This document shows positions 39,636 to 51,444 of a stretch of DNA of 64,000 nucleotides, in pieces (positions within the stretch are counted from its first letter, which is position 1; the number at the start of each line of letters is the position of its first letter). Origin of the DNA: Tubulanus polymorphus. Taxonomy: Eukaryota > Animalia > Nemertea. The stretch covers positions 10,734,655 through 10,798,654 of the forward strand of contig NC_134033.1 in the NCBI RefSeq assembly GCF_964204645.1, given 5' to 3'. The notes under the pieces were generated by a model that ran no database searches, was not told the origin of the DNA, and saw nothing but the letters and a program-made list of their open reading frames with translations. A program made the position numbers and the translations under genes.

Positions 39636-40454
39636 GGAATCTGCAATTGGGTCCTGTCGATTTGCCACCGATGAGATGTGTTATATTTAAACCTCTACAA
39701 TGAATCAGGTTCTGTTTATGAATAGAGTTTACAGCAGCAGCAGCAGTGAGAAGGAGAAGGAGGAGAAAGTCATGACTCGTGATAAATGAATGAATGATGG
39801 ATTGTTATTGGATCTGTGATCATTATTACAAACGCACCGTCACAACACACACAGGAGGTCTTAACATCTGAACAATATCACTACACCGCCCCCTTCTTCT
39901 CCCCCCTGCTGCCCTCTCACAGGTCCAATCATAAAAACACTTACCTCTCTACCTCTCCCTTGTCAAACTTTCCTCTCTCTTCTCAATACCTCTCTATCTC
40001 CTTCACCTGTCTCTAACTCTCCCTTCTCTCTTCTCTACTCTCTGTCTACCTCTTTCTGCCCCCCCTCTCTCTATCTTTCTATCCCCTCTCTTCTCTCTCC
40101 CTTTCTCTCCTCTCTTCTCTCTAACTGTTCTCCCTCTCTCGCCCTCCCTTTCCCTCTCCTCTCTTCTCTATCTGTTCTGCTTCTCTCTCCCTCCCTCTCT
40201 CCTCTTTTCTTTCTCTCTGCTCAGCCTTCCCGCCTCCCTCTCTCCTCTATCTGCTCTCACTCGCTTCATCTAGTTGAATATTAACCAGGATGTTGTTATT
40301 AATAATCAGTTTCCGGTGATAATGGTCTGGCGTCGTCTGCCATGCATGTAAACTGTCATTATCAATCTCTCTGGTTCAACCTTTAAACAACCAATAAACC
40401 ATTCATTTAATCATTCAAACAGATTGCGTTTTACAAAGTGACTAAATCCATCCG

Positions 40455-40975
40455 CTTTTATCCGAGGACCAATTTATTTAATGACCAAATTGATTCAGTG
40501 ACCACAGTTTATCTTTGGACCAATTTATTCAATGGCCCAATTAATTCAGAAACACAGTTTATCTTTAGACGATATTTACTCAATAACCCAATTTATTCAG
40601 TGACTGAAGTTTATCTTTGGACCAATTTTTTCAATGACCCAATTTATTCAGGGTCTGCAGTTTATCTTTGGACCAATTTTTTCAATGACCCAATTTATTC
40701 AGGGACCACAGTTTATCTTTGGACCAATTTATTCGATAACCCAATTTACTCAGGACCACAGTTTATCTTTAGACCAATTTATTCAATAACCCAATTTGTT
40801 CAGTGACCGAAGTTTATCTATAGACCAATTTATTCAGTTGACCCAATTTGTTCAGTGTCTGCAGTTAATCTTTCGACCTATTTTTCCAATTTATTCCACA
40901 GTTTATCTTAATACCAATTTATTCAGTGACCCAATATATTCAGGGACCACAGTTTATCTTGAGGGACCAGTTAAT
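40455..40975. repeat. ~51-bp minisatellite (gaccaatttattcaatgacccaatttattcagggaccacagtttatcttt)
   Basis: About 10 copies. Confidence 0.9.
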
Positions 40976-41065
40976 TATGGCTCGCTATTTCAGGGCCCAG
41001 TCCATCCTCGCGTTTAGTCGGCTAAACTTTCGTGATAATAAACTCTTCGTTTTCTCTTATTGCAG

Positions 41066-41250
41066 CTCAGAAACGCGGTTCGCAAGAAAGCGGCGCGCCG
41101 TCGCGGACTGGGTACGCCGTCAATTTCGGACAGAGCATAGGTGGTGCCGGCGTGAAGGGTATCGAGGGTACGGTCATGGCTCATATATTGAAACCTTTGG
41201 TTTCGCGATTCGTCGAGTCGTGGAAGGAACTGCACAGTCACGAGAATATC
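41066..41250 (+). CDS. unc80: unc-80 exon C (QKRGSQ...KELHSHENI)
   Basis: Acceptor ttgcag|CT, donor ATC|gtgagt, phases 1/0. Confidence 0.92.
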
Positions 41251-41614
41251 GTGAGTATCAATGCGGTGGTTTATTCCTCAAAAACCTCTTCGAAAAAAGT
41301 AATCGGATCGAATATATGTCTGATCACAAAATCAGATATTTCAGCATCAGTTTTTCAGATAATCAGCTCTCGGTAAAATTGGATGAGATATTTGTCTGAT
41401 CAGGAAATCAGATATTGTAGGGTATTAATCAGATATTTAAGGCTATTTATGTGATGATATTGAAGTGTATTTGATATATAAGGCTATTATAGAGAATCTT
41501 GCACTAATATAACGAAAGATGAATTCCGAAAAGTTTCATCTTTCTAGTTATATCAGTGTGTCGGATTCTCTATATATCGTCGTCACAACACAGACACTGT
41601 TTCACCAATTGTTA

Positions 41615-41895
41615 TTAAGGGTATTATCTGATGTTTTCAGATATTTAAGGGTATTATTAGATCATGGTATTTAAGAGTATTTGATGATGATATTTAAGGG
41701 TATTTGATGATGATATTTAAGAGTATTTGATGATGATATTTAAGGGTAATTGATCATGGTAATCAAAGGTTTTGATGATGGTATTTAAGAGTAATTTGAT
41801 GATGATATAAGGGGTTTAGTTTTTTAAGGGTATTTGATTGTTAGTTATTTAAGAGTATTTGATGATGATATCTAAAGGTATTTGTGATGATATTG
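41615..41895. repeat. 23-bp minisatellite (gatatttaagggtatttgatgat); inverted relatives at ~59385-59775
   Basis: Direct inspection. Confidence 0.85.
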
Positions 41896-41925
41896 TATGT
41901 ATTTCTGTATGTGTATATATTGTAG

Positions 41926-42074
41926 AGTATATATTGCGATGTACGTCAGATGATGACATACGTTAAAGAGTTACACGGTGGTACGTTCAGACGTGTTGCT
42001 TTAAGTGGATTACTTGATGCTGTGGAGAGACCTTCTATTAAAAAAACCAAACCTAAACATCCTCAACCAATCAA
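41926..42074 (+). CDS. unc80: unc-80 exon D (SIYCDVRQMMTYVKELHGGTFRRVALSGLLD...)
   Basis: Acceptor ttgtag|AGT, donor AA|gtatgt, phases 0/2. Conserved YCDxRQ..FRRVALS motif. Confidence 0.93.
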
Positions 42075-42819
42075 GTATGTATCTCACAGATTCTTAGAAT
42101 ATCTGACTAAATATACATGTATGTTCAACCTGGACCCAAGTTGAAATTAGTCCATTTTCAATCCTACCTATATTTAAGCCTTACAGCAAAATGTTTTATC
42201 AAGCCAGTTTGATAATTTGACAGTTCTACAGCTACAGGTCCATATATCCCTGGTTTGGTCCATGGTTCTACAGTTCGATCTATAGGTCCACAGTTTGATC
42301 CGTAGTTCTACCGTGTGATCCATTCCACTGTTTGTTCCATAGTTCCACAGTTTGATCCATTTATCCACAGTTTGATCTATAGGTCCACAGTTGGATTCAT
42401 AGTTCTACAGTGTGATCCATTCCACTATTTGTTCCATAGTTCCACAGTTTGATCCGTAGTTCCACAGTTTGTTCCGTAGTTCTACAGGTCCATGTATCCC
42501 TGGTTTGGTCCATAGTTCCACAGTTTGATCTATAGGTCCACAGTTTGATCCGTAGTTCCACAGTTTGATCTATAGTTCTACAGTTTGATCTATAGTTCCA
42601 TAGTTCAATTCTTGGTTGACTTATGATTTTTGATTAGTTCTTCCATTTAAAGATATCCTTCTCGGTTCAAACTCATCAGTCACTCCCGTGTCAAGTATCA
42701 CCCGGGTCAAGTTTCCCCAAAGTCAACTTTCACTTGGCGCTAGAGTTAGAACCACTCCCTGCCTGCTTCCTCTATTACCGGGGGTTTAGACGGAGAATAT
42801 TTGTTCTTCTAAATTTCAG

Positions 42820-42958
42820 ACGAACGACGTCGATGACTTCGGACAGCGGAGATGAGAAAGAGACTAAATCTACAGCGGGTACTCCCGAAGAGCCGCCCGC
42901 TGCTCCTAGCGCCGCCAGATCCAGACGGTCGTTGTTTAAACGTAGAACTCAGAAAAAG
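42820..42958 (+). CDS. unc80: unc-80 exon E (RTTSMTSDSG...RRSLFKRRTQKK)
   Basis: Acceptor tttcag|A, donor AAG|gtccgt, phases 2/0 bridge exons D and F. Confidence 0.85.
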
Positions 42959-43073
42959 GTCCGTATATTAAAACACTTGATAATTACGGGGGTCGCCGAT
43001 TGTTGAGGAATTTTCTGTGAAATTCAAGAAAAGTATCTTTAAAAATATTTGGATCCTCTTTTTACGTCGCATA

Positions 43074-43266
43074 CGGGTGGCAACTTACCTGGACATCGGG
43101 GAATATTGAGGGAATTGTGTAAGAAAGCTAAAAATCGGGGAAGTTTATCGAGATTGCTAGATCGTGTGTTAATTGATTGGATTCTTGATCAAGCCAGAGG
43201 GAAAACAACGCGCGTGTTGCGAAAAAAGTCAGGGAAAAGCTAGTCAAGATAAGATTGGCCATCCTG
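43074..43266. mobile_element. Short TIR element C(A)GGGTGGCCACT...TGGCCATCCTG; relatives at ~43488-43697, 46676-46820, 52118-52312
   Basis: Shared cacttacctggaaatcagggaaaagtc core and inverted termini. Confidence 0.65.
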
Positions 43267-43721
43267 TAATACAGGAGTCGCGATTGTTGAGGAAAAATGA
43301 AAGAAAATCTGTGAAAAATTCAAGAAAAGTGTCCGTTAAAATATTTGGATCACCTTTTAAGCCGTATACCATGGAGCTCGGAATTAATGTACAAGCTTTT
43401 CCTTCAATGAGATTTGTTACTTTTCCGAGTATTGTAGTCCTGGTGATGGTTTGTATTTCAAAATGTAACCAAACTGAGAAAAAAAAAACAGGGTCTCTGC
43501 TTACCTGGAAATCAGGGAAAAGTCTGGGAAATTAGTTCAGATTGCTAGATCGCGTGTAAAATCTAAGTTTAAAAAAATCTATGTTTTACATATTTCACTG
43601 GTAATTGATTGAATTCTTAGCAGATTAAGTCAGGGAACACAATTTGCATATCAGCGAATAATCAGGGAAAAAGTCAAATAAACATGGCCTCTCCCGGTAA
43701 GACTTGTCGTTTTCGTTGTAG

Positions 43722-43893
43722 CAGTCGTCTTCCTCGTACAATATGGCCGCCAGCGACACGGAAACCCTCGATGACCCGGCCCACGCTAAACACCTAAAAC
43801 TGAGTCCGTGTAGAATGAGCATGTCGGCTACGGAGGACGACCCGCCGTCCAACCCGAGTACTCCTAAACGTAAATTCAGTAAATTCAATATCG
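43722..43893 (+). CDS. unc80: unc-80 exon F (QSSSSYNMAASDTE...KRKFSKFNI)
   Basis: Tandem acceptor tagCAG (start 43722 or 43725), donor G|gtaagt, phases 0/1, open frame. Absent from the ORF track because it is short. Confidence 0.85.
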
Positions 43894-43925
43894 GTAAGTA
43901 CTTCGCAATTTCTAGACTGTAGAAG

Positions 43926-44132
43926 AGAGCTGCCAACTGTTCCTGATTTTCAGTATTTGTTACTATTCTATGATGAGAAATACTGATTTGATTTGTTTGA
44001 TGTATACAGAAATATGTAAGATGTTACTGGTGGTCTTACTGTTGTTTACTGATTAATATTTCAATGCAGAAATGTTACTGAAAACAAACTCAATTTGTTA
44101 CTGATAGCACTTTTCACTGGTTGGTAGCCCTG
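43926..44132. mobile_element. Degenerate TIR element (agagctgccaac...ggttggtagccctg) with termini like the 60390 element
   Basis: Imperfect inverted termini. Confidence 0.55.
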
Positions 44133-44336
44133 GTGGTAGAAACCACGCGAAATATTTCAAATATTTTAAGTAAACTTATTAGATCAATTCAAATTGTGGG
44201 ATTTTACTCATCGTTTTATCATGGATATTGTGATCCACAATTCTGATTCTCTCGCAATTTATTCACTCAGATTTTTTTGGTTTTGGAAACTTCAGGGACC
44301 TGTTCTATATATAGACTGGTATTAAGTTTAACCCAG

Positions 44337-44468
44337 AGGCCAGTTGCATAGTCATGGCTTAGACTTAAGACCAGTCTAAGACCAACTTAGTTCTATAGCC
44401 AATCTAACAACTTCAGACCAGTCTTAAGATTTAGGACCTTGTTTTGACTTGTCACGACTGTGCAACTG
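44337..44468 (+). mobile_element. Family B MITE containing the 45-bp satellite unit
   Basis: TIR CCAGTTGCATAGTC ... GACTGTGCAACTG. Interior ttaagaccagtctaag...ttctatagccaatctaacaac. Confidence 0.75.
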
Positions 44469-45642
44469 AAAAGATAACAAAAAGAGGCTAAAGTAATTTA
44501 TTTTCAATTGAGTCTTAACTCCCCAGGTTAAAGATGATACCAGTCTATAAATCCAGTCTGGGTTAAAAAGAGGACGGAGCTTGGAAAAGATAAGAAAAGG
44601 GGCTAATCTGCCCATTACAAGCCTTGTTACGGGCACATGCGCCCATCATATATACCCCCTGAGTTGAGCACACACTATACAGCCCTGGATACAATTCCAC
44701 AGTTGTGAATTAAAAGTTGAAATTAGTTATATTTCAAAACGAGTCATCTCTACATTTTTTTCACTTTCTTTTTAAGGTTCGTTTTTAAAACTCGTCATAA
44801 TAATTCTAATCCAATTTAACGCTTTATTTCCGCGCCGACTCCGCCGCGATTCAGACGCAGACGTAGCTGACGGCGGATTAAAAGGTCACGCGATCTCGGC
44901 GACGACGTTCTCGTATCCATCCCGTCGTCGTATTTTTCCTGCCGCGATCACTTGTCACGAGCGTGCGCGATCCACGCGTCACGACGGCCTTCGGGTGGTC
45001 TCTCGTTATGTAACCATGACAACGGCTTGACCAATCAGTTTAAAAATCTCTGTCGTCCCTGTCTCTCTCTCTCTCGGCGCGGTGCCAGAGGATGTTCACG
45101 CGGAAAAATTGGGGAAAAAAATCCGTCTGTTTACGACGATTACCAACCGTTAGAAATTCGAAAAATTTCGATTCTCTTTTCTATCGTCCTAACAACTGTT
45201 TGCAGGTAATAAATTGTTCGCGTCGGCCCCCAGTTTGATAAATCGGATTTTCCCAGCTACGAAAACTCCCGTTCGATTGTCTCCAGTCGAGATTCGAGCC
45301 GGAAAGTACAGAATCATCGGTAATAACTGAAAAATCATCTAACTATCGGTGGCTGGGTTCACTCTGGTGGATGGGTTCTCCCTGGATTCAGTCTGGGTTC
45401 ACTTTTGTCTTTACTCTGGTGGCTGGGTTTGTCACGGAGCTTAGGGTAAACGGGTTCACTTTGGGTTTTACTCAGGTGTCTGGGTTTGCACTGCTGGTGG
45501 CTGGGTATCTCATTCAGGTGATGGAAGCTTGTATTATGCAGCATGGAGAGTTATTTATATAATCTTTGAGCGACGCATCCTGATTGTAAAACACAGGATA
45601 TATTCAACTTGTTTCAGAGCTGCTAACTGTGCCTGTTATTAA

Positions 45643-45976
45643 CCCTTTCAGCACCAATTAATCAATTCCCAAAAGTGCAGGATATTCAAAATTTTAAAAC
45701 ATTGTACGTCTACACCGCGGTGCGATGTATCATTAGTTACAGGTTTGACAGGTGCACTAATATTTCGCTATGATCGCCAGGTACACTAGATGATTGACAG
45801 GTGCGCTAATATTTCACTATGATTGATAGGTGCTGCCACATGAAAGACAACGAATAGATAAAACTGCGATAAAAACTAATTACCAATTACATCAATATTC
45901 CGTGATGCGGTGTACTAGCAAAGTCCATCACCAATTTATACGCAGCACTGCGGTGTAGATAGACGCATTGAAAGGT
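45643..45976. mobile_element. piggyBac-like MITE, copy 2
   Basis: TTAA|CCCTTTCAGC ... gcattgaaaggtt. Interior similar to copy 1. Confidence 0.78.
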
Positions 45977-46108
45977 TCTAAAAGGTCTGATTAGCCCATC
46001 AGCATTGGTAATATTGCCTTCTTGGATGTGACAAGTACTTCGAAATTTCCCCCCCTGGATTCGCAAACTGTCCTCAGTATTAAACTATATTTCTGTATCG
46101 TTCTCTAG

Positions 46109-46342
46109 GTTGGAAACGTTCAGCGAAATCAGACCACGAAGAAGACAGCGCCGGCGAACACCAGCAGTCGTCGTCGTCGTTCGAGGCGCGGCGCGAGTCG
46201 ATGAACAACCGCAGCAAGCGCATGTCGTTCAAGGCGGCCGGCCAGGCGACGTTGAGCTTCCTGACCGCGCGGCGGCGACTCGAGGACGGCCTGAAAAGCT
46301 TCAGCAAAAAGCGCCTGAGCAAACGCGGAAGCGTCGAAGAGG
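46109..46342 (+). CDS. unc80: unc-80 exon G (GWKRSAKS...KRGSVEE); alternative end at 46441
   Basis: Acceptor ctctag|GT. Donors G|gtaatg (46342) and A|gtaagt (46441), both phase 1. Confidence 0.85.
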
Positions 46343-47253
46343 GTAATGTTGGTGGTGATCATTGTGGTAGCTGCACGACCGTTACCGGCCACGCACCTGT
46401 CAGCATGGCTGAATATGTGTCCCAGCATGCTTCAGTCACTAGTAAGTCACGTGATACACGCTTATCGCACCGAGCGACCTCACACACACAGGCACACAGC
46501 CCCCCCTGATACCGGCTGAGGCCTCACACTGCTACGGTATAGCCTCATGCTGCCTCGCACCACAGCGTGAATTCTCACTGCCTCGCACTAATAATGCGGC
46601 CTCGAGCTGTCGATCAAGCTTCAGGAAGGCCAAGGTGGCTTCATACTGTCTCTTGTTGCCTGTCGCTACAGCGACAGGGTGGCCACTTACCTGGAAATCA
46701 GGGAAGAGTCTGTGAATTTCCTTTTCTTTAAAAAAGTCCGGGAATTTTCTTCTCTTCCAAAAAAGTCGGGGAATTTCTTTTAAAAAAACTAAAAATCATG
46801 GAAATTTATCACTAACCAACTTTTGAGCAACTGCAGCCCCAGGACTCAATAGAGTCAATACCGCAATTCAAAATGATCTAATATGAACTCCTGAGAGTCG
46901 AACTGAACTGACAACTGTTGAATTCGATCCCGCGTCATTTATCAATTGAAGCTCAAAGCCGGTACACGTGAATTCTCTCCAACGTCTGCCATTCTAACAA
47001 AACCTCTCCGACTCACAATCTTGAATTGAGACTAAAAACTTAATACAAATTTTTTTAAAACCTGATAACCATTGATGATAACACGCGTCCGTGTTGTGAC
47101 GATATATATAGAGAATTCCACACTGATATAACGAGAAAAAATGAAATCCGAAAAGTTTCCTTAGAATGATTTATTGATTCACGTTTCGAATATAACCTAT
47201 ATAGTCACCGTCAGGAATACTGAGTTAACAAAAATCAATTTAATTGTTTTTAA

Positions 47254-47525
47254 CCCTTTCAGTGCTGGCTAATTAATACCCAATAGTGCTGAAGATAATT
47301 GGAAAATTCTGAAAAATTCCACTCTAGTGTGTTGAATAACAGGAATGCCACTATAGTGCGTCTACACCCGGCGCGGTGTATCGTTAGTTACTAGTATTTC
47401 ACTTTGTTTGACAGGTGCTGCCATTTTTCAAGAGAGATATTTACTAATTACATCAATACACCGCAGTGCGGTGTACTCGCAAGATCCATCACCGATTCAT
47501 ACACCACGTAGACGCGCTGAAAGTG
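47254..47525. mobile_element. piggyBac-like MITE, copy 3
   Basis: TTAA|CCCTTTCAGTGC ... GCGCTGAAAGTG|TTAA. Confidence 0.83.
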
Positions 47526-49097
47526 TTAAGGAAGCATCAATTTTCAGACTTCATCTTTCTCATCTTGTCAGGGTGGGATTCTCTAAATATAAAACCTGAA
47601 TTTGCGCGATCTAAAAACTACTAAAGCAATTATCAATTTCCTCCTCAAATATTAAAAACATCTTGAGTTACTAATATTCGACGTGTTCTTTTTCGTACCT
47701 TTTAGTCAAAAATACAGATCTCAGGCCGGTTTCGTGGAAATGTTAAACTCAAGTTTTTGGTTTAATCGCTGAATTCATTACTCCATGTTTTCAGTAAGGA
47801 TGACAATTCAAACTTAACCATTTTATGCTTTTGAAAAGTAATAAAATTATACAAATTTTGTATTGTTTTTTTCTTCTATCTTTATGCCTTTGACCTCTAC
47901 TATGTGACTTTTAGAGGGTGAAATAAAGAATTAGAAAAAAACAAAAATCTATATGATTTCCAATCTATGGCTTGAAACAAGACATTTACAAATACTTATA
48001 AATTGTATATACATTTACAATTCATAAGGCAGTATTGGTAAATGTAGTAAGTCTTGAAATTTGATAAAAATATATTAACTTTTCCATGATCCTGGACCCT
48101 TAATACAAGACCTACTTGGTCAGCAATTACTGGTTTCGAAAATCACACAATTTTCTATCCAATCTATTTTTTCTAATCAGTTGCTTCTAGAGGCGTGTTA
48201 GCAGCAGTAGTAGCAGTAGCAGCAATAGCAGCAGCAGAATCCTCGTAAACTGCATTTGAAAATACGGCTTTTTCATAATGTTTAGTAGTAAATGTTGCGA
48301 TCGTTTCGTGTAGTTTTTCAGCAGCTCTAACAAAACAGTGGCTCCTTTAAGAATAGGCATTTAGTTGATAGTTGTATTTTGTACTGCTGTGTTGGAATAG
48401 AATTTCTATCCGTCATGAAATTGCGTCTTTTTTTCTGAAAAGCCATTGGAAAGTCATTGAAATTGAATACTATGAGTTATTTAAAATTGAATGTTATGAT
48501 AGCCTGAAATAAACTTAACTGTTTATGAATATATTCGAATGCTGAGGGCTCCGTAGGGCCCAATAGGATAGGATTAAACTCTTGAATTCAGAATGTTTAA
48601 AATCTATTGAATAGCCAGTCGGTCTAGAATGTATTAGACCCGAGATGAACCCAGAAGCCAACGACTTAGATTGGCCATCTAAATTCAATAACTATCTAAC
48701 AACTTTTAAAAAACCATTCCTCAAATTAAAGACTTTACAACCCTTGTTGGCTTGAAGCCGCTATTGTGCAACAGGCTCTGGTTCCAATTTTCATCGAAAA
48801 TTGATTTAACAAAAATTGAATTAACGAAGAAATTGGAAAGATTTAGTCGAAGAGCTTCAGTGAAACTGTGCTTAGTAAAAGTGTTCTAGTGAGCCAGAAG
48901 ACTTGCGTGTACGTGTAGGGTTCTATCTATCTGTTAGTTATTGCTGAACCCCCGGTAGGAAGAGTATTAGTAGCAGGTATGACTTATGTTGTTTATCAGC
49001 GAGTCAGGAGACACTGATATGCGTCCTGCCTGAATAACATGGTTTCAGTAGGATCCGAACCCACAACCTCAACAATTACCATGAAAATTGACTCCCG

Positions 49098-49226
49098 GGC
49101 CCAGTTTCACGAAAAAGTTTAAGCCTAAAACGGTTGAGTTTGAATTGTTGTCCTCATTGAAAACATGAAGTAACCAATGGCAATTACACCAAAAATTTCA
49201 GTTTAACTTTTTCGTGAAACCGAGCC
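49098..49226. mobile_element. Family C MITE
   Basis: 22-bp TIR GGCCCAGTTTCACGAAAAAGTT / AACTTTTTCGTGAAACCGAGCC (2 mismatches), flanks ccg / cag. Confidence 0.8.
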
Positions 49227-49759
49227 CAGAGCCCAGTTGCCGTTGTGACTTAAGTCCGAAAGCCTGTGTGAAAGACATATAAAGGGTTGAGTAAAGGTTG
49301 ATTATGTATCTCTGTATTGCGGAGGAATACGGCGATGCATAATCTAGACGTCATCCGGCGGTAATTAATACAGATTACCGATGACTCGTCGGTTGCCATC
49401 GACGACTTACGAACAGCGACTGCGGTTGTTCACTTTTGTCGTGACAGGTGTTTCTACGAGGCCGAGAGACGCGCGACGCGAATCCATAATTATCGTAATT
49501 GTCTCGTCGTCGTTACCCCCGGTGACAATCGAAACTATTTAACGGCGGCGATCGATGGTCGATTACCGGCGGTTACGTCGTCGCCATTGTTGCGCGTCGT
49601 CGGAAAAAACGACTACGCACGCGAAAAAATAAAGAATCTCGTCTTAAACGATCTTTAGACTTCGTTTAGCCGGGTCTATTAGTTATATATACTGGTCCTA
49701 TACGTTAAAGACTGGTCTTACCGTAGTCTGTACTTTAATGAAGGTAGATCAAGGACCTG

Positions 49760-50053
49760 GGGGCCAGTTGCATTGATTTAAGACCAGTCTTACTTCGTTA
49801 AGACCTAATCTTAGCTCATTTTGGTTCTGCAATCAATGTAACAATTGAAGACCAGTCTGAGCTCATTTCGGCCATTATAAGCAATCCAATAACTTAAGAC
49901 CAGGCTCGGTTCATTTTCTTGGTTTTACAACCGATCTAACAACTTCAGACCAGTCTAAGCTCATTTTGGTTCTATAGCCAATCTAACAACTTAAGACCAG
50001 TCTTAAGATTTAAGATCACTTTTGGACTTGAGTCATGGCTGTGCAACCAGCCC
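49760..50053 (+). mobile_element. Family B MITE with internally expanded 45-bp unit (about 5 copies)
   Basis: gggccagttgca ... gctgtgcaaccagccc enclosing several agaccagtc units. Confidence 0.72.
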
Positions 50054-50353
50054 CAGTTGCCTAGATCCAAGACCGGTTTAAGCTAATTTAGGTTCTATAA
50101 CCCACCGAACAAAAGACCAGTCCAAACTTTTTGGATGACTTCGTTAAAGACCAGTTTTACTATTAAAAACCACTTGGGACTCGATGTCACGTCTGTACAG
50201 GACGGCGTGGACCTAGTTCCGCAGTTGTGTGAGTTAAGATTTCGCTAATCGAAAATTTAATCATTTTCAACCGACACCTCTATAGAACTGTGGGTCGGGT
50301 CCTGAAATTATCCGTGAATCGACGTCTAAACTGTTTTGCTATAATTGTCACAG

Positions 50354-50541
50354 ATAACCTGCGCCGAGGGTCGGTAGCGAACGTCGGCGACCAGGCGACC
50401 GAAGTCATCGTTCTACGCGAGAAGAAACTCGTCAACGGTTACAACGTGAAATGCGGAATGTTGCGGTTGTCGTTTTTCCTCGATTGTTGTCACCCGGGTT
50501 CGTTTCCCGATTGTCAGTTGATCGCCGCGATGCTCGATCTG
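50354..50541 (+). CDS. unc80: unc-80 exon H (NLRRGSV...FFLDCCHPGSFPDCQLIAAMLDL)
   Basis: Acceptor tcacag|AT, donor CTG|gtaagt, phases 1/0. Confidence 0.93.
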
Positions 50542-51444
50542 GTAAGTGATAGTTTCAACGGCAGCAGCAGCAGCAGCAGAAACAGTTTGTTCATTCATCA
50601 GTCATTCAGGTGCTCTTTAGATATTAAGCATCATAAAACCAATCTTAGTATCAGATAGGGTGAGTGAGAGAGAGGGAGAAGTATCATAAGTGATTGGTCG
50701 AAATAATGTGAATTCACCTGAACTAGAGAGAGAGAGGGAGAGAGGAGGGATAGGGTGGGGGAGAAGACGGAGGGAGGGGAGGGTGAGGGTGGGGAGAGGG
50801 AAAGGGTGAGAGAGAGAGGGAAAGGGTGAGAGAGAGAGAGAATGGAGGGGGAAGAGGGTGAAAGAGGAGGAAACGGAGATAGAATGGAGAGAAGAGAGGA
50901 GAGGGAGAGAGAAGGGAGGGAGGGGAGAGGGAGAGGCAGATAAGTCATCACAAGTGACATTTTCATATGTGATTTATGCAGATCTGTATTGGAGGGACGG
51001 GAGAAAGACTTAGTGAGAGTGGAGAGAGAGGGTGACAAAGAGGGAAATCATCACATGAGGTGACAGGTCAATGTGTTATACCCTACTGCTACTGCTGCTG
51101 CTGCTGCTCCCGTTTAGTCAATGTGTCTTCAACAAATGTTTATAGCTATTAATCATCAATAATTGATTAGCTGTGAGAGAGAGAGAGAGCGAGAGGAGGT
51201 ACAGATAGTTGTAAAATGACAGTTGCTATAAAGTGTCATCCCTACACGAGCGCTTGCCGCAGTCGGTCTCTCACACACGCCTCATCGCGGTGTCGATAGC
51301 AGACGTCGATACTAATTAGATCGTTATCTCGTTTGATAATTGATTAATTATCGTACGACTGATCGAGTAGATTTATAGATTAATCAATGTTGATCCCGTC
51401 AATTTCAAATTGAGTTGTATGGCATAATCATCTAAGAATAGAAA

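Noticed and set aside
49448-49494. Possible extra exon (VSTRPRDARRESIII) after gtgacag
   Set aside because: The nearby plausible donors are phase 0, incompatible with phase-1 exon H. Exons G and H join in frame without it.
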